DNA of 64,000 nt, taken from positions 36,779 to 100,778 of the forward strand of contig CAVQSZ010000021.1 of the NCBI GenBank assembly GCA_963716115.1, written 5' to 3'. A program made the translations under genes and the position numbers. A model generated the notes under the pieces. The model did no database searches and was not told the DNA's origin. It saw nothing but the letters and a program-made list of their open reading frames with translations. Each line of letters begins with the position of its first letter. The first letter of the stretch is position 1. Source of the DNA: an uncultured Alphaproteobacteria bacterium (lineage in GTDB: Bacteria; Pseudomonadota; Alphaproteobacteria; ATCC43930; CGMCC-115725). Of this stretch, positions 29,229-38,903 are shown piece after piece.

Positions 29229-32200
29229 ATGATTTCCAAATACTTCATCGAGCACCCGGTCCTGGCGAATGTGCTGGCGATCGTGCTGGTGCTGATCGGC
29301 GCGATCTGCGTCTTTCGCCTGCCGGTCGCGCAATACCCCAACGTCGTGCCGCCGACGGTGCAGGTGACGACGCGCTACCCCGGCGCCAGCGCCCAGACCG
29401 TGGTCGACACCGTCGCCCTGCCGATCGAGCTGCAGGTGAACGGCGTCCAGGGCATGCTCTACATGCAGTCGACCAGCGCCTATGACGGCACCTATGTGCT
29501 GACCGTCACCTTCGACATCGGCACCGACCCGAACATGAACCAGGTCCTGGTGCAGAACCGGGTGCAGAACGCGATGGCGCAGCTGCCGCAGGCGGTGCAG
29601 GCGCAGGGGGTGGCGATCCGCGCCAAATCCTCGTCGATCCTGGAGTTCGTGACCCTGGATTCGCCGGACGGGTCGCACGACGCGATCTACATGTGGAACT
29701 ACGCGACGATCAATCTGGTCAACGATCTGGCGCGCCTGCCGGGGGTCGGCAACGTCACGGTGATGGGTGCGGGCGAATATTCGATGCGGATCTGGATGGA
29801 CCCGCAAAAGCTCTATTCGTTCGGCCTCGTCCCGGAGGACGTGATCAAGGTCGTCCGGCAGCAGAGCCAGGAGGTCGCCGCCGGCCAGGTCGGCATGCCG
29901 CCGGCCCCGGGCGACCAGCAGTTCCAGTACACGATCGATATCGTCTCGCGGCTGAGCGAGCCCGGCCAGTTCGCCGACATCGTCGTCAAGGACCAGACCG
30001 CGCAGGGCGGCCGCCTCGTCCGGCTCAAGGACGTGGCGCGGGTCGAGCTCGGGGCCCAGACCTATTCCCAGGACTTCAAGCTCGACGGCAAGCCCGCCGC
30101 CGGCATCGCCATCTACCAGACCCCCGACGCCAACTCGCTGAAGGTCGCGAGCCTGGTCGCGGCCAAGATGGAGGAGCTGTCGCGCCGCTTCCCGCCCGGC
30201 CTGCGCTACCAGATCCCGTACAACACGACGATCTTCATCAAGAACTCGATCAACGAGGTCTACAAGACCTTGTGGCAGGCCGGGGTCCTGGTGCTGATCG
30301 TGATCCTCGTCTTCCTGCAGAATTTCCGCGCGACCCTGGTGCCGGCGACGACGGTCCCGGTCACCATCATCGGCGCCTTCGCCGGGATGGCGGCGCTCGG
30401 CTACACGGTCAACCTGTCGACCCTGTTCGCGCTGATATTGGCGATCGGCATCGTCGTCGACGACGCGATCGTCATCGTCGAGGGCGTGTCGAAATACATC
30501 GAAGAGGGCATGTCCGGGCACGACGCCGCGATCAAGGCGATGGGGGAATTGTTCGGGCCGATCATCGGCATCACCCTGGTGCTGATGGCGGTGTTCCTGC
30601 CTTCGGCCTTCGTGCCGGGGCTGAGCGGGCAGATGTTCGCCCAGTTCGCGCTGGTGATCGCGGTGACGGCGCTGATCAGCGCGGTCAACGCCGCCACCCT
30701 GAAGCCGACGCAATGCGCGCTGTGGTTGCGCACGCCGGTCCCGGTCGAGCAGCGCAACTTTTTCTATCGCGGCTTCGACCGCGCCTACGCGGGCCTGGAG
30801 CGGGCCTATACCGGGCTGATCGGCCGGATGGTTCGGGTCAGCCGGCTGATGGTGCTGATCGGCGTCATTCTGGCGGCCGCCGGCATCTGGGGCATCGCCC
30901 GGCTGCCGACCGCCTTCATCCCGAACGAGGACCAGGGCTATCTGATGATCGCCGCGCAATTGCCCGACGGGGCGGCGCTCGGGCGCACCACCGCGGCGCT
31001 CGATCAGGCGGGCAAGATGGCGCTCGACACCCCGGGGGTCGACCGGGTCATCGCGATATCGGGCTTGTCGGTGCTCGACAATTTCGCCGACCTCGCCAAT
31101 GCCGGCGTCAGCTTCGTCGTGCTCAAGCCCTGGGACGAGCGCAGCAAGGCGAAGGGCACCGACATCCTGTCGATCGCCGAGCGGTTGCAGAAGGGGCTCA
31201 ACACCGCCCCCGACGGCCGGCTCTTCGTGCTGGCGCCGCCGCCGATCCAGGGGATCGGCAACGCCGGCGGCTTCCAGATGCAGATCCAGATGCTGGGCGG
31301 CAATTTCGACTACAAGCGGCTGAGCGACCTGACCCAGGAGATCGTCAAAGAGGCCAACGCCGACCCGCGCCTGGAGCACGTGCTCTCGACGTTCCGGCCC
31401 GGCGCGCCGCAGGTCGCGGTCACCGTCGACCGCGACCGGGCCGAAACCCTGCGGGTGTCGGTCGGCGACGTGTTCTCGGCGCTCTCCTCCTATCTGGGGT
31501 CGACCTATGTCAACCAGTTCAACAAGTTCGGACTGTCGCTGCAGGTCTATGTGCAGGCCGATTCGAAATTCCGGCTGCAGCCCGACGACCTCTTGAACCT
31601 CTATGTCCGCAGCGCGGACAACCAGATGGTCCCGATCGGCGCGGTGGCGCATCTGAGCTCGATTGTCGGCGCGCCGCTGATCACGCTCTATAACCTGTTC
31701 CCGTCAGCGGCGATCGTCGGCGCGCCGGCGCGCGGCTTCAGCTCGGGCCAGGCGCTCACCCTGATGGAAGGGATCGCCAACCGGGTGCTGCCGAAGGACG
31801 TGTCGCACGCCTGGACCGCGATGTCGTTTCAGGAAAAGCTGACCGGCAACCAGCTTTATTACCTCTTCGGCCTGTCGGTGCTGCTGGTCTATTTGTGCCT
31901 CGCCGGGCAATACGAAAGCTGGATTTTGCCGCTGGCGGTGTTGTCGGCGGTGCCGCTGGCGTTGCTCGGGCCGGTGATCGCGCTGACCAGCCTCGGGGTC
32001 GCCAACAACCTCTACACCCAGATCGGCCTGATCCTGATGATCGCGCTCTCGGCCAAGAACGGGATCCTGATCGTCGAGGTCGCGCGCGAGCGGCGCATGG
32101 TCGACGGCCGGCCGATCCTCGAAGCGGCGGTGGACGCCGCGCGCATGCGGTTCCGCCCGATCCTGATGACCTCGTTCGCGTTCGGGCTGGGGGTGCTGCC

Positions 32201-32390
32201 GCTGGTGCTGGCGACCGGCGCCGGGGCCAACGGGCGCATTTCATTGGGGCTCAGCGTGTTCAGCGGCATCATCGCCTCGACCTGCCTCGCCGTGCTGTTC
32301 GTGCCGTCGTTCTTTGCCGTGCTGCAGCGCCTCGACGAGCGCCGCAAGGCCGGCAAGGCCCCCGCCCCCGCTCCCAGCGCCGCAAAATGA
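29229..32390 (+). CDS. RND (HAE1, AcrB/MexB-like) inner-membrane efflux permease
   Basis: 1053 aa starting [24 protein letters not shown], with 12-TM architecture and two large periplasmic loops. Confidence 0.9.
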   Translation: MISKYFIEHPVLANVLAIVLVLIGAICVFRLPVAQYPNVVPPTVQVTTRYPGASAQTVVDTVALPIELQVNGVQGMLYMQSTSAYDGTYVLTVTFDIGTDPNMNQVLVQNRVQNAMAQLPQAVQAQGVAIRAKSSSILEFVTLDSPDGSHDAIYMWNYATINLVNDLARLPGVGNVTVMGAGEYSMRIWMDPQKLYSFGLVPEDVIKVVRQQSQEVAAGQVGMPPAPGDQQFQYTIDIVSRLSEPGQFADIVVKDQTAQGGRLVRLKDVARVELGAQTYSQDFKLDGKPAAGIAIYQTPDANSLKVASLVAAKMEELSRRFPPGLRYQIPYNTTIFIKNSINEVYKTLWQAGVLVLIVILVFLQNFRATLVPATTVPVTIIGAFAGMAALGYTVNLSTLFALILAIGIVVDDAIVIVEGVSKYIEEGMSGHDAAIKAMGELFGPIIGITLVLMAVFLPSAFVPGLSGQMFAQFALVIAVTALISAVNAATLKPTQCALWLRTPVPVEQRNFFYRGFDRAYAGLERAYTGLIGRMVRVSRLMVLIGVILAAAGIWGIARLPTAFIPNEDQGYLMIAAQLPDGAALGRTTAALDQAGKMALDTPGVDRVIAISGLSVLDNFADLANAGVSFVVLKPWDERSKAKGTDILSIAERLQKGLNTAPDGRLFVLAPPPIQGIGNAGGFQMQIQMLGGNFDYKRLSDLTQEIVKEANADPRLEHVLSTFRPGAPQVAVTVDRDRAETLRVSVGDVFSALSSYLGSTYVNQFNKFGLSLQVYVQADSKFRLQPDDLLNLYVRSADNQMVPIGAVAHLSSIVGAPLITLYNLFPSAAIVGAPARGFSSGQALTLMEGIANRVLPKDVSHAWTAMSFQEKLTGNQLYYLFGLSVLLVYLCLAGQYESWILPLAVLSAVPLALLGPVIALTSLGVANNLYTQIGLILMIALSAKNGILIVEVARERRMVDGRPILEAAVDAARMRFRPILMTSFAFGLGVLPLVLATGAGANGRISLGLSVFSGIIASTCLAVLFVPSFFAVLQRLDERRKAGKAPAPAPSAAK

Positions 32391-32402
32391 GCAGGGCGCC
32401 GA

Positions 32403-33077
32403 TTACTTCTTCGCGTCCGAGGCCTGCTCGATTTTCAGCCGGCAGGTGAAATAGCCGAGAACCCGCGCCTGCCGCTGCACCTCGGTCAGGGCGGAGCCGC
32501 CGATATTCTCGGCGAGCCGGCGCGCCTCGTCGAGCCGGTCCTTCAAATTCGCCACCGCGCGCGCCGTCGATCCGTCGAAGCCATCCTGGAGAAGCTTGTC
32601 GGGCGTGTACTGGACGCCGCCGATATGAAAGTCGGCCGGCTCGAACGGGCATGCGGCGAACCGGTCCGGCGGCGGCGCGGGCGGCGGGGTCGGCGCAAGG
32701 GCGGCGGCGGGCGGCGGCGCGGCGGCGGCGGGCGGCGGCTCGCTCTTCGGCTCGCTGCCGAGGATGACCCGCGACGCCTCGATCCGCAGCTGCGCCACGA
32801 GCTTGCCGGAAACCGTCTGGTCGACCACCAGATCGCCGACCGGCAGCCCGAGCTTCTGCTGGAATTTATGGACGGCGCTCGTGGTCTGGGGGCCGACGAC
32901 GCCGTCGATCGGCCCCGGCTCCATGCCGAGCCGGGTCAGCATGAACTGGACCTCGCGGATCAGCGCCGGGGTCGCCGCCACGGCGTCGGGCGGCGGCGTC
33001 GGAACCGCGGCGGCGGCGCCCGCGGCGCACGCGAGCATGGCCAGGAAAGCCGCGGCGAGGATGCCCCGCCACCTCAT
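32403..33077 (-). CDS. Secreted peptidoglycan-binding (PG_binding_1) domain protein
   Basis: Signal peptide, then IREVQFMLTRLGMEPGPIDGVVGPQTTSAVHKFQQKLGLPVGD. The ATG overlaps the kinase stop (ATGA at 33074-33077). Confidence 0.7.
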   Translation of the reverse strand: MRWRGILAAAFLAMLACAAGAAAAVPTPPPDAVAATPALIREVQFMLTRLGMEPGPIDGVVGPQTTSAVHKFQQKLGLPVGDLVVDQTVSGKLVAQLRIEASRVILGSEPKSEPPPAAAAPPPAAALAPTPPPAPPPDRFAACPFEPADFHIGGVQYTPDKLLQDGFDGSTARAVANLKDRLDEARRLAENIGGSALTEVQRQARVLGYFTCRLKIEQASDAKK

Positions 33078-34480
33078 CGCGGCGGCTCTCCGCCGCGCCG
33101 GACCAGGCCGTTCGTCCGCTGTCCGCTCAAGAACTGCTCGCGGTCGCGCTCGTCGGGGATGTGCGAGGCGAGAACGAGGCGGAGCTTTTCCAAGGTCTCG
33201 AACTTCTCCAGCTCGCGCCTGACCAGGATCTTCGCGATCGGACCGATATACCGGGTCAGGCCGGCTTCGATTTCGCCGATCACCGCAGGCCCCGGCGCCG
33301 CGGCGGCGGCAGGCCGCAGCGCGGCGCCTCGCGACCCCGTCGCCGAGGCCGGGCCGTCCGGCTCCGGCGCGGCGGCGACGCGCGGGCGGCCCTTGGCCAG
33401 GAATTGCGCCCGGTCGCGCGGGTCGTCGACATGCCGCGACAGCGCATCGTAGAGGCCGGTCACGTCGGTCGTCTCCCGCATCGCCCGCTTGACCGCGATC
33501 GACGCCATCGGGCCGACAAAGGTCGCCAAATCCTGCTCGATCTCGCGCACCAGCTCGGGCGGCAGGGTGAGCCCCGTCGGCGAGGTTCGCTCGGCCGCGG
33601 TGGGCGGCGCCTTGGCCTCCGGGACGAGCGGCGGCAGCGGCGGCGCTTCGCCCGGCAGCGTCGGAAAAGCCTCGGCGATCGCCCGCGACAGCTCGGCGGC
33701 GGTCGCGTAGCGCTGCGCCGGGTCAAAGGCCAGGGCCTTGGCGATGACCGCCTTCAGCGCTTCGGGGACGGCGGGGTTCAGCGCGCGGATATCCTCGGGC
33801 CCCCGTGTTTGCATGTTCGACATGATCTCGGTCAGGCTGGCCCCGCGGAACGGCTTCACGCCGCTCATCATCTCGAACAGGATCACCGCGGCGGCGAACA
33901 GGTCGGCGCGGGCGTCGACCGGCGTCCCGGACAGCTGCTCCGGGGCCATGTAGGCCGGCGTCCCCAGCACGTCGCCGACAATCGTGAACTCCGAATCGTC
34001 GATGCGGGCGATGCCGAAATCGGCGACTTTGATCGCGCCGTCCGCCAGGACGATGATATTGGACGGCTTCACGTCGCGGTGCACGATCCCGTTCTCATGG
34101 GCAAAGCCGAGCGCGCTCAGCACCTGTGCGATGATCGCGACGCTGCGGCCCGGGTCGAGCGGGCCCGAGGCCTTCAGGATGCCGTCGAGGCTGCGGCCGT
34201 CGACGTACTCCATGGCGAGGAACGGCGCGCCGGCGTCCTCCCCGACATCGAGGATGGCGACGATGTTGGGATGGAACCGCCGCCCGGCGGCCCTGGCCTC
34301 GCGCCGGAAGCGCTCGAGCCACTGCTCGGCGCCGCTGCCCGCCAACAGCTCGGGCCGCACCACCTTGATCGCCACCGGGCGGTCGATCACCGGGTCGTAG
34401 GCGCGAAACACCTCGCCCATCGCCCCGGTCCCGAGCCGCCCGTCGATGCGGTAGCGGCCGATTTTCTGGATGGTGTTCAT
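33074..34480 (-). CDS. Hanks-type serine/threonine protein kinase with a tandem C-terminal helical repeat
   Basis: GTGAMGEV..AIK, HRDVKPSN, DFGIAR and TPAYMAPE motifs. No TM segment. Two ~58-aa repeats lie at aa 306-363 and 398-453. Confidence 0.9.
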   Translation of the reverse strand: MNTIQKIGRYRIDGRLGTGAMGEVFRAYDPVIDRPVAIKVVRPELLAGSGAEQWLERFRREARAAGRRFHPNIVAILDVGEDAGAPFLAMEYVDGRSLDGILKASGPLDPGRSVAIIAQVLSALGFAHENGIVHRDVKPSNIIVLADGAIKVADFGIARIDDSEFTIVGDVLGTPAYMAPEQLSGTPVDARADLFAAAVILFEMMSGVKPFRGASLTEIMSNMQTRGPEDIRALNPAVPEALKAVIAKALAFDPAQRYATAAELSRAIAEAFPTLPGEAPPLPPLVPEAKAPPTAAERTSPTGLTLPPELVREIEQDLATFVGPMASIAVKRAMRETTDVTGLYDALSRHVDDPRDRAQFLAKGRPRVAAAPEPDGPASATGSRGAALRPAAAAAPGPAVIGEIEAGLTRYIGPIAKILVRRELEKFETLEKLRLVLASHIPDERDREQFLSGQRTNGLVRRGGEPPR

Positions 34481-34502
34481 GCCTTCGCCATCCGTTCGAG
34501 CC

Positions 34503-35381
34503 TCAGCCCTGGTCCTCCAGCATCTTCATCGCGTTCTGCAGGCTGCGCCGCATGCGGTTGAACGACATCGAGAGCGAGCCGATTTCGTCGTTGGTGTCGC
34601 GGACGTATTCGGGGGTGTCGAGCTTTCCCATGCTGACGCTGCTCGCCGTCTCCGAGATTTTCACGACCGGCTTGACGACCAGCGCGCGCAGCAGCTGGTC
34701 GACGATGACGATGATCACGACAAAGGTCCCCGCCAGCGCCGCCATGAACCACAAAAGCGCGTGGTAGGCCCGCCCCATCGGCACGCCCAAGGGTATCGAA
34801 ACCACCTGCGCGCCGACGATCTCGCCCAGCTTCCAGCCAAAACCGTTCTGCGATCCATAGAGCGCCACCATTGTCGCCGGAGCGTTCTCGGGCGTGCTGT
34901 GGCAGGTCAGGCAGGCGGCGCTGCCGATCTTGAGCGGTCGGGCGAGGGTCAGAAACCGGCCGCTCGGCGTGTCGCGGACCAGGACCGCTTCCTGCTTGCC
35001 GGGGTCGCTGCGAAAGTCGTTGATGATGTCGGCTTCCCAATCCGTCGCCCGGTCGTTGACGTTGGTTGGGTTGAGGGTCGGCTCCTTGTAGGAATATTCC
35101 GGCAGCTTGCGCTGGACGAGCTTGAAGTTGCTTTGGGCGGCGAACGAGGGGATCGAATACGGCAGAAACTGGACCTTCATTTGCTGGTCGAGCAGCGGCC
35201 TTATGCTCTCCGCCGTATACGAGCGGATCGCCGACGCCCCCTCGATCATGATCCGGGCATTCTGCAGGCTCTCCTCGATGGCGTTCCGGGTCAGGATCGA
35301 GTAGGCGCCAAAGCCGGCCAGCCCGAGCCCGACCACGAACGCGCCCGACATCGCCAGATTGATCTTCCACCTGATCTTCAT
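34503..35381 (-). CDS. Membrane sensor: periplasmic DUF3365 (c-type haem, CLTCH) domain plus HAMP domain, no output domain
   Basis: TM1 at aa 11-29, a periplasmic domain with CLTCH (34899-34913), TM2 at aa ~207-229, and HAMP (..VKPVVKISETASSVSMGKLD..NDEIGSLSMSFNRM). The protein ends 12 aa later. Confidence 0.75.
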   Translation of the reverse strand: MKIRWKINLAMSGAFVVGLGLAGFGAYSILTRNAIEESLQNARIMIEGASAIRSYTAESIRPLLDQQMKVQFLPYSIPSFAAQSNFKLVQRKLPEYSYKEPTLNPTNVNDRATDWEADIINDFRSDPGKQEAVLVRDTPSGRFLTLARPLKIGSAACLTCHSTPENAPATMVALYGSQNGFGWKLGEIVGAQVVSIPLGVPMGRAYHALLWFMAALAGTFVVIIVIVDQLLRALVVKPVVKISETASSVSMGKLDTPEYVRDTNDEIGSLSMSFNRMRRSLQNAMKMLEDQG

Positions 35382-35498
35382 GGTCCCTGAGCTTCTGCCG
35401 ATGCGCTATGCTTGAGGGGCGAGCCGCGATCCTACAGGCCCGGCGCTGGTTTTCAAGCGGCGCGCCGCGGCGGGCGTGACCGACCCGGAGAGAAGGCG

Positions 35499-36545
35499 AT
35501 GCAATCGGCGACCCCGGCCACCGCCGCCACCGGCCATCTGGCGGTTCGCCAGGACTGGCTCGACCGGCGGCGCGAGGAGATCATCGAGCCCCTTCTGCCG
35601 ATCGTCGATCCGCACCACCACCTGGTCGAGCGGCCCGAGACCGGGCGCTATCTGCTCGCCGACCTGCTCGCCGACCTCGGCAGCGGCCACAATGTGACCG
35701 CCACGGTCTATCTCGAATGGCTGTCGATGCACCGCGCCGAGGGTCCGGTCGAGCTGCGCCCGGTCGGCGAGGTCGAGTTCGCCGGCGGCGTGGCGGCGAT
35801 GAGCGCGTCGGGCAGATACGGGCCGGCGCGGGTCTGCGCCGGCATCGTGGGCTATGCCGACCTCGCGCTCGGCGCGGCGGTCGAGAAGGTGCTGGAGGCG
35901 CAGATCGCAGCCGGCGGCGGCCGGTTCCGCGGCATCCGCTACATCACGGCGACACATCCCGACCAAGGGGCGTGGGGCGCGACGGCGATCCGTCCCGAAG
36001 GGATGCTGGCCGACCGCCGGGTGCGCGAGGGCTTTGCCCGGCTGGCCCCGCTCGGCCTCGGCTTCGACGCCTGGGTGTACCATACCCAGCTCGGCGAGCT
36101 CGTCGATCTGGCGCGGGCCTTTCCCCAGACCCCGATCGTGCTCGACCATGTCGGCGGGGCCATCGGCCTCGGCCGCTACGCCGGCAGGCGTGACGAGGTC
36201 TTCGCCGAATGGAGCTCCGGCATCCGCGCGCTGGCGGCCTGCCCCAATGTCCACATCAAGCTCGGCGGGCTCGGCATGCGGATGTTCGGGTTCAGCGTCC
36301 ATGCCGGCGACATGCCCCCGAGCTCGGAGGCGCTCGCCGCCGCGTGGCGGCCCTATGTCGAGACCTGCATCGCCGCCTTCGGCCCGGACCGCGCGATGTT
36401 CGAGAGCAATTTTCCGGTCGACAAAGGAAGCTGCGGCTACGCCGTGCTGTGGAACGCCTTCAAGCGCATCGCCGCCGGCTGCTCGGCCGCCGAGAAGCAG
36501 GCGCTGTTCTCCGCCACCGCGGCAAAATTCTACCGCCTGGCCTAA
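35499..36545 (+). CDS. Amidohydrolase-2 (PF04909-type) family metal hydrolase
   Basis: IVDPHHHL..VLDHVGG..NFPVDK pattern. ATG follows ggagagaagg. Confidence 0.75.
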   Translation: MQSATPATAATGHLAVRQDWLDRRREEIIEPLLPIVDPHHHLVERPETGRYLLADLLADLGSGHNVTATVYLEWLSMHRAEGPVELRPVGEVEFAGGVAAMSASGRYGPARVCAGIVGYADLALGAAVEKVLEAQIAAGGGRFRGIRYITATHPDQGAWGATAIRPEGMLADRRVREGFARLAPLGLGFDAWVYHTQLGELVDLARAFPQTPIVLDHVGGAIGLGRYAGRRDEVFAEWSSGIRALAACPNVHIKLGGLGMRMFGFSVHAGDMPPSSEALAAAWRPYVETCIAAFGPDRAMFESNFPVDKGSCGYAVLWNAFKRIAAGCSAAEKQALFSATAAKFYRLA

Positions 36546-36575
36546 TCTGCGGGCGGGAAACGGCTGGGGATTGCC

Positions 36576-37685
36576 ATGAAGATCACCGATGTCGCCTTGA
36601 CCCTGTTCGCCTGGGAGAGCATCCCGCCGACGATCTACGGCCATCACACCGCGCGGCCGACCGGCCGCAGCGATCTTGGCCTCTTGGCGGTGACCACCGA
36701 CGAGGGCCTGACCGGCAACGCCTTTCTCGGCACCTCGTCGAACCCGGCGAGCCTCGACGGGCCGGGCCTGATCCGCTTTTTGAAGCCGATCCTGATGGGC
36801 CAGGACCCGCTCGACCGCGAGCGCCTGAACCGCCTCCTATGGGGGCGCGCCAGGGTCGCGACGGTGCGCGCGATCGGGGCCTGCGACGTGGCGCTGTGGG
36901 ATATCGCCGGCAAGGCGGCGGGAATGCCGATCCACCGCCTCCTCGGCACCTGCCGCGATCATATCCCGGCCTACGCCAGCTCCGAAATCCACGCGACGCC
37001 CGAGGCCTATGTCGAGCAGGCGCTGCACTACAAGCAGACCGGCTGGGCCGCCTACAAGATCCACCCGCCGCAGCGCTGGCGCGACGACATCAAGGTGTGC
37101 GAGGCGGTCAGGAAGGCGGTCGGCGACGATTACACGGTGATGCTCAATTCGACCTGGAGCTATCGCTACGAGGAGGCGTTGCGGGTCGGCCGGGCGATCG
37201 AGGAGATGGGGTTCTACTGGTACGAGGACCCGCTCCACGAGCAGGACATCTATAATTACGTCAAGTTGAAGCAGAAGCTCGACATCCCGATCCTCGCCAC
37301 CGAATACCCGATCGGCGGGCTCAATTCCTACATCCCGTGGATCACCGAGCGCGCCACCGACTTTCTGCGCGGCGATGTCGCGGTCAAGGGCGGGATCACG
37401 ACATTGGTCAAGACCGCGCATCTGGCCGAAGCCTTCCGGATGAATTTCGAGACCCACCACGGCGGCAATTCGTTGAACAATTTCGCCAACCTGCACGTGA
37501 TCATGGCGATCCGCAACACCGAATTCTTCGAGGTGCTGCTGCCCGACGCGATGCAGAAATACGGCCTCGCCGAAGACATCACCGTCGACCGCGACGGCCT
37601 CGTCCACGCCCCCACCGGGCCGGGCCTGGGGGCCAAGATCGATTTCGATCTGATCGAGCGGAAGAAGGTGGGGGTGCTGAGCTGA
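36576..37685 (+). CDS. Enolase-superfamily enzyme (mandelate racemase/muconate lactonizing enzyme family)
   Basis: N-terminal capping domain plus barrel motifs (AACDVALWDIAGK..KIHP..LEDP-like YEDPL..ATEYP). Confidence 0.8.
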   Translation: MKITDVALTLFAWESIPPTIYGHHTARPTGRSDLGLLAVTTDEGLTGNAFLGTSSNPASLDGPGLIRFLKPILMGQDPLDRERLNRLLWGRARVATVRAIGACDVALWDIAGKAAGMPIHRLLGTCRDHIPAYASSEIHATPEAYVEQALHYKQTGWAAYKIHPPQRWRDDIKVCEAVRKAVGDDYTVMLNSTWSYRYEEALRVGRAIEEMGFYWYEDPLHEQDIYNYVKLKQKLDIPILATEYPIGGLNSYIPWITERATDFLRGDVAVKGGITTLVKTAHLAEAFRMNFETHHGGNSLNNFANLHVIMAIRNTEFFEVLLPDAMQKYGLAEDITVDRDGLVHAPTGPGLGAKIDFDLIERKKVGVLS

Positions 37686-37733
37686 GGGATCCCTATATGT
37701 TGGGTAGCCTATGGTAACACCGAAGGACACCGG

Positions 37734-38018
37734 ATGCCGTCCGTAGCCACTACCAGCCTGAAGCTGGATGCCGAGATGAAGGCCCGCCTGCAACGGCTCG
37801 CTGAGGCGCGGCGACGTTCGCAGCATTGGCTGATGCGCGAGGCGATCGAGCAATATGTCGAGCGCGAGGAACGGCGCGAGCGGCTGCGGCAGGATGCGCT
37901 CGCTGCCTGGGCCGAATATCAGGCCTCGGGCCGGCACGTGACCGCCGCCGAGGCCGACGCGTGGCTGGCACGGCTGGAGGTGGGCGAGGATGCAGAGCCG
38001 CCGACGCCCCACGACTGA
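37734..38018 (+). CDS. Ribbon-helix-helix (CopG/ParD-like) antitoxin
   Basis: SLKLDAEMKARLQRLAEARRRSQHWLMREAIEQYVEREE is an RHH fold pattern. It is followed 3 nt later by a ParE/RelE-like start. Confidence 0.65.
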   Translation: MPSVATTSLKLDAEMKARLQRLAEARRRSQHWLMREAIEQYVEREERRERLRQDALAAWAEYQASGRHVTAAEADAWLARLEVGEDAEPPTPHD

Positions 38019-38353
38019 CCGGTGCCGCGACTGATCTGGACGCCTCCCGCGTTGCCTGCATGCATTTCTGGCGCCGAAGAACCGCAATGCAGCACGACGT
38101 GCGGTTCGAGCCATCCGACAGGGCGTCGCGGCGGGTTGTCGTTGCCGAGGCGGTCGAGGAGGGCGAGCGCGGCCGGCAGGTCGGCGCGCCGCGCGCGCTC
38201 ACGGAAGAAATCGGCGGTGCGCAGTGCTGCGATCTTCTCGGCGACCGCGACATTGATGAACTGGTTGAGGGTGGTGCCCTCGGCCTTGGCCAGCCGCTCG
38301 GCTTCGGCCTTCAGCGACGCCTGGAGCCTAAGGGCGTAATTGGCTTGCGTCAT
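37919..38353 (-). CDS. HicB/Arc-type RHH antitoxin-like protein with a read-through C-terminal tail
   Basis: MTQANYALRLQASLKAEAERLAKAEGTTLNQFINVAVAEKIAALRTADFFRERA.. matches this antitoxin family (usually ~85-95 aa). Here the ORF runs 144 aa into the parD/parE remnant. Confidence 0.55.
   Translation of the reverse strand: MTQANYALRLQASLKAEAERLAKAEGTTLNQFINVAVAEKIAALRTADFFRERARRADLPAALALLDRLGNDNPPRRPVGWLEPHVVLHCGSSAPEMHAGNAGGVQISRGTGQSWGVGGSASSPTSSRASHASASAAVTCRPEA
38022..38060 (+). pseudogene. ParE/RelE-type toxin stump (about the first 11 codons only)
   Basis: (V)PRLIWTPPAL resembles the conserved start of ParE-family toxins. Similarity ends at about 38055, and the rest of the listed ORF is antisense to the converging antitoxin gene. 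Confidence 0.4.
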
Positions 38354-38396
38354 CCTTGCCTCCATGACCGCCAGGCCGGGCCCGGGCGCTCGACCG

Positions 38397-38903
38397 TCAC
38401 GGCGGCGCCCCGCCTGAAGCTCCCGAGACTGGCTTTTTTCGCAGCAGGTATTTCTGCTCGCCCGACAGCACGAGCTCGGCCTTCTGGTTGTGGACCGTGA
38501 CCGCGACGGTGACGACGCCGGTGGTCCGCTGCGGGTAGAGCGCCGATATTTCCAGCATCGGGTAGAGCGTGTCGCCGGCGAAGACCGGCTTCAGGAACTT
38601 CGAGGACTGCTCGAGAAAGCCCAAGAGCGCGTCGCCGATGACATGGGCGAAAGCCCCGGCGCCGGCGGCGGTGAAGCACAGGATTTGAAAGCCGTGCGCG
38701 AGCGGCGCGGGGAGGCCGCGCTCGCGGCAATATTCGACATCGTAGTGGATCGGGTGGTTGTCGGCCGAGACCGTCTGGAACGCGGCGAAATGCGCCTCGG
38801 TCACGGTGCGGCCCGGGATCGCGAAGCGCTCGCCGAGGATCAGATCCTCAAACCAGCGGCCTTCGGCGACGCGGTGGCGGCGGCGGTCGAAACCCTGCGT
38901 CAT
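38397..38903 (-). CDS. MaoC-like (R)-specific enoyl-CoA hydratase / hotdog-fold dehydratase
   Basis: TVTEAHFAAFQTVSADNHPIHYD..A..PLAHG pattern. Confidence 0.8.
   Translation of the reverse strand: MTQGFDRRRHRVAEGRWFEDLILGERFAIPGRTVTEAHFAAFQTVSADNHPIHYDVEYCRERGLPAPLAHGFQILCFTAAGAGAFAHVIGDALLGFLEQSSKFLKPVFAGDTLYPMLEISALYPQRTTGVVTVAVTVHNQKAELVLSGEQKYLLRKKPVSGASGGAPP

Noticed and set aside
27741-31652. 1303-aa minus-strand ORF, and similar giants (56985-60179, 52528-55365, 39615-42194, 25786-27891, 47174-48790, 15334-16713)
   Set aside because: They lie antisense or out of frame to genes with clear family motifs. They are dominated by Arg/Gly/Pro/Ala and carry no recognisable domains. These are typical stop-poor shadow frames of ~70% GC DNA.
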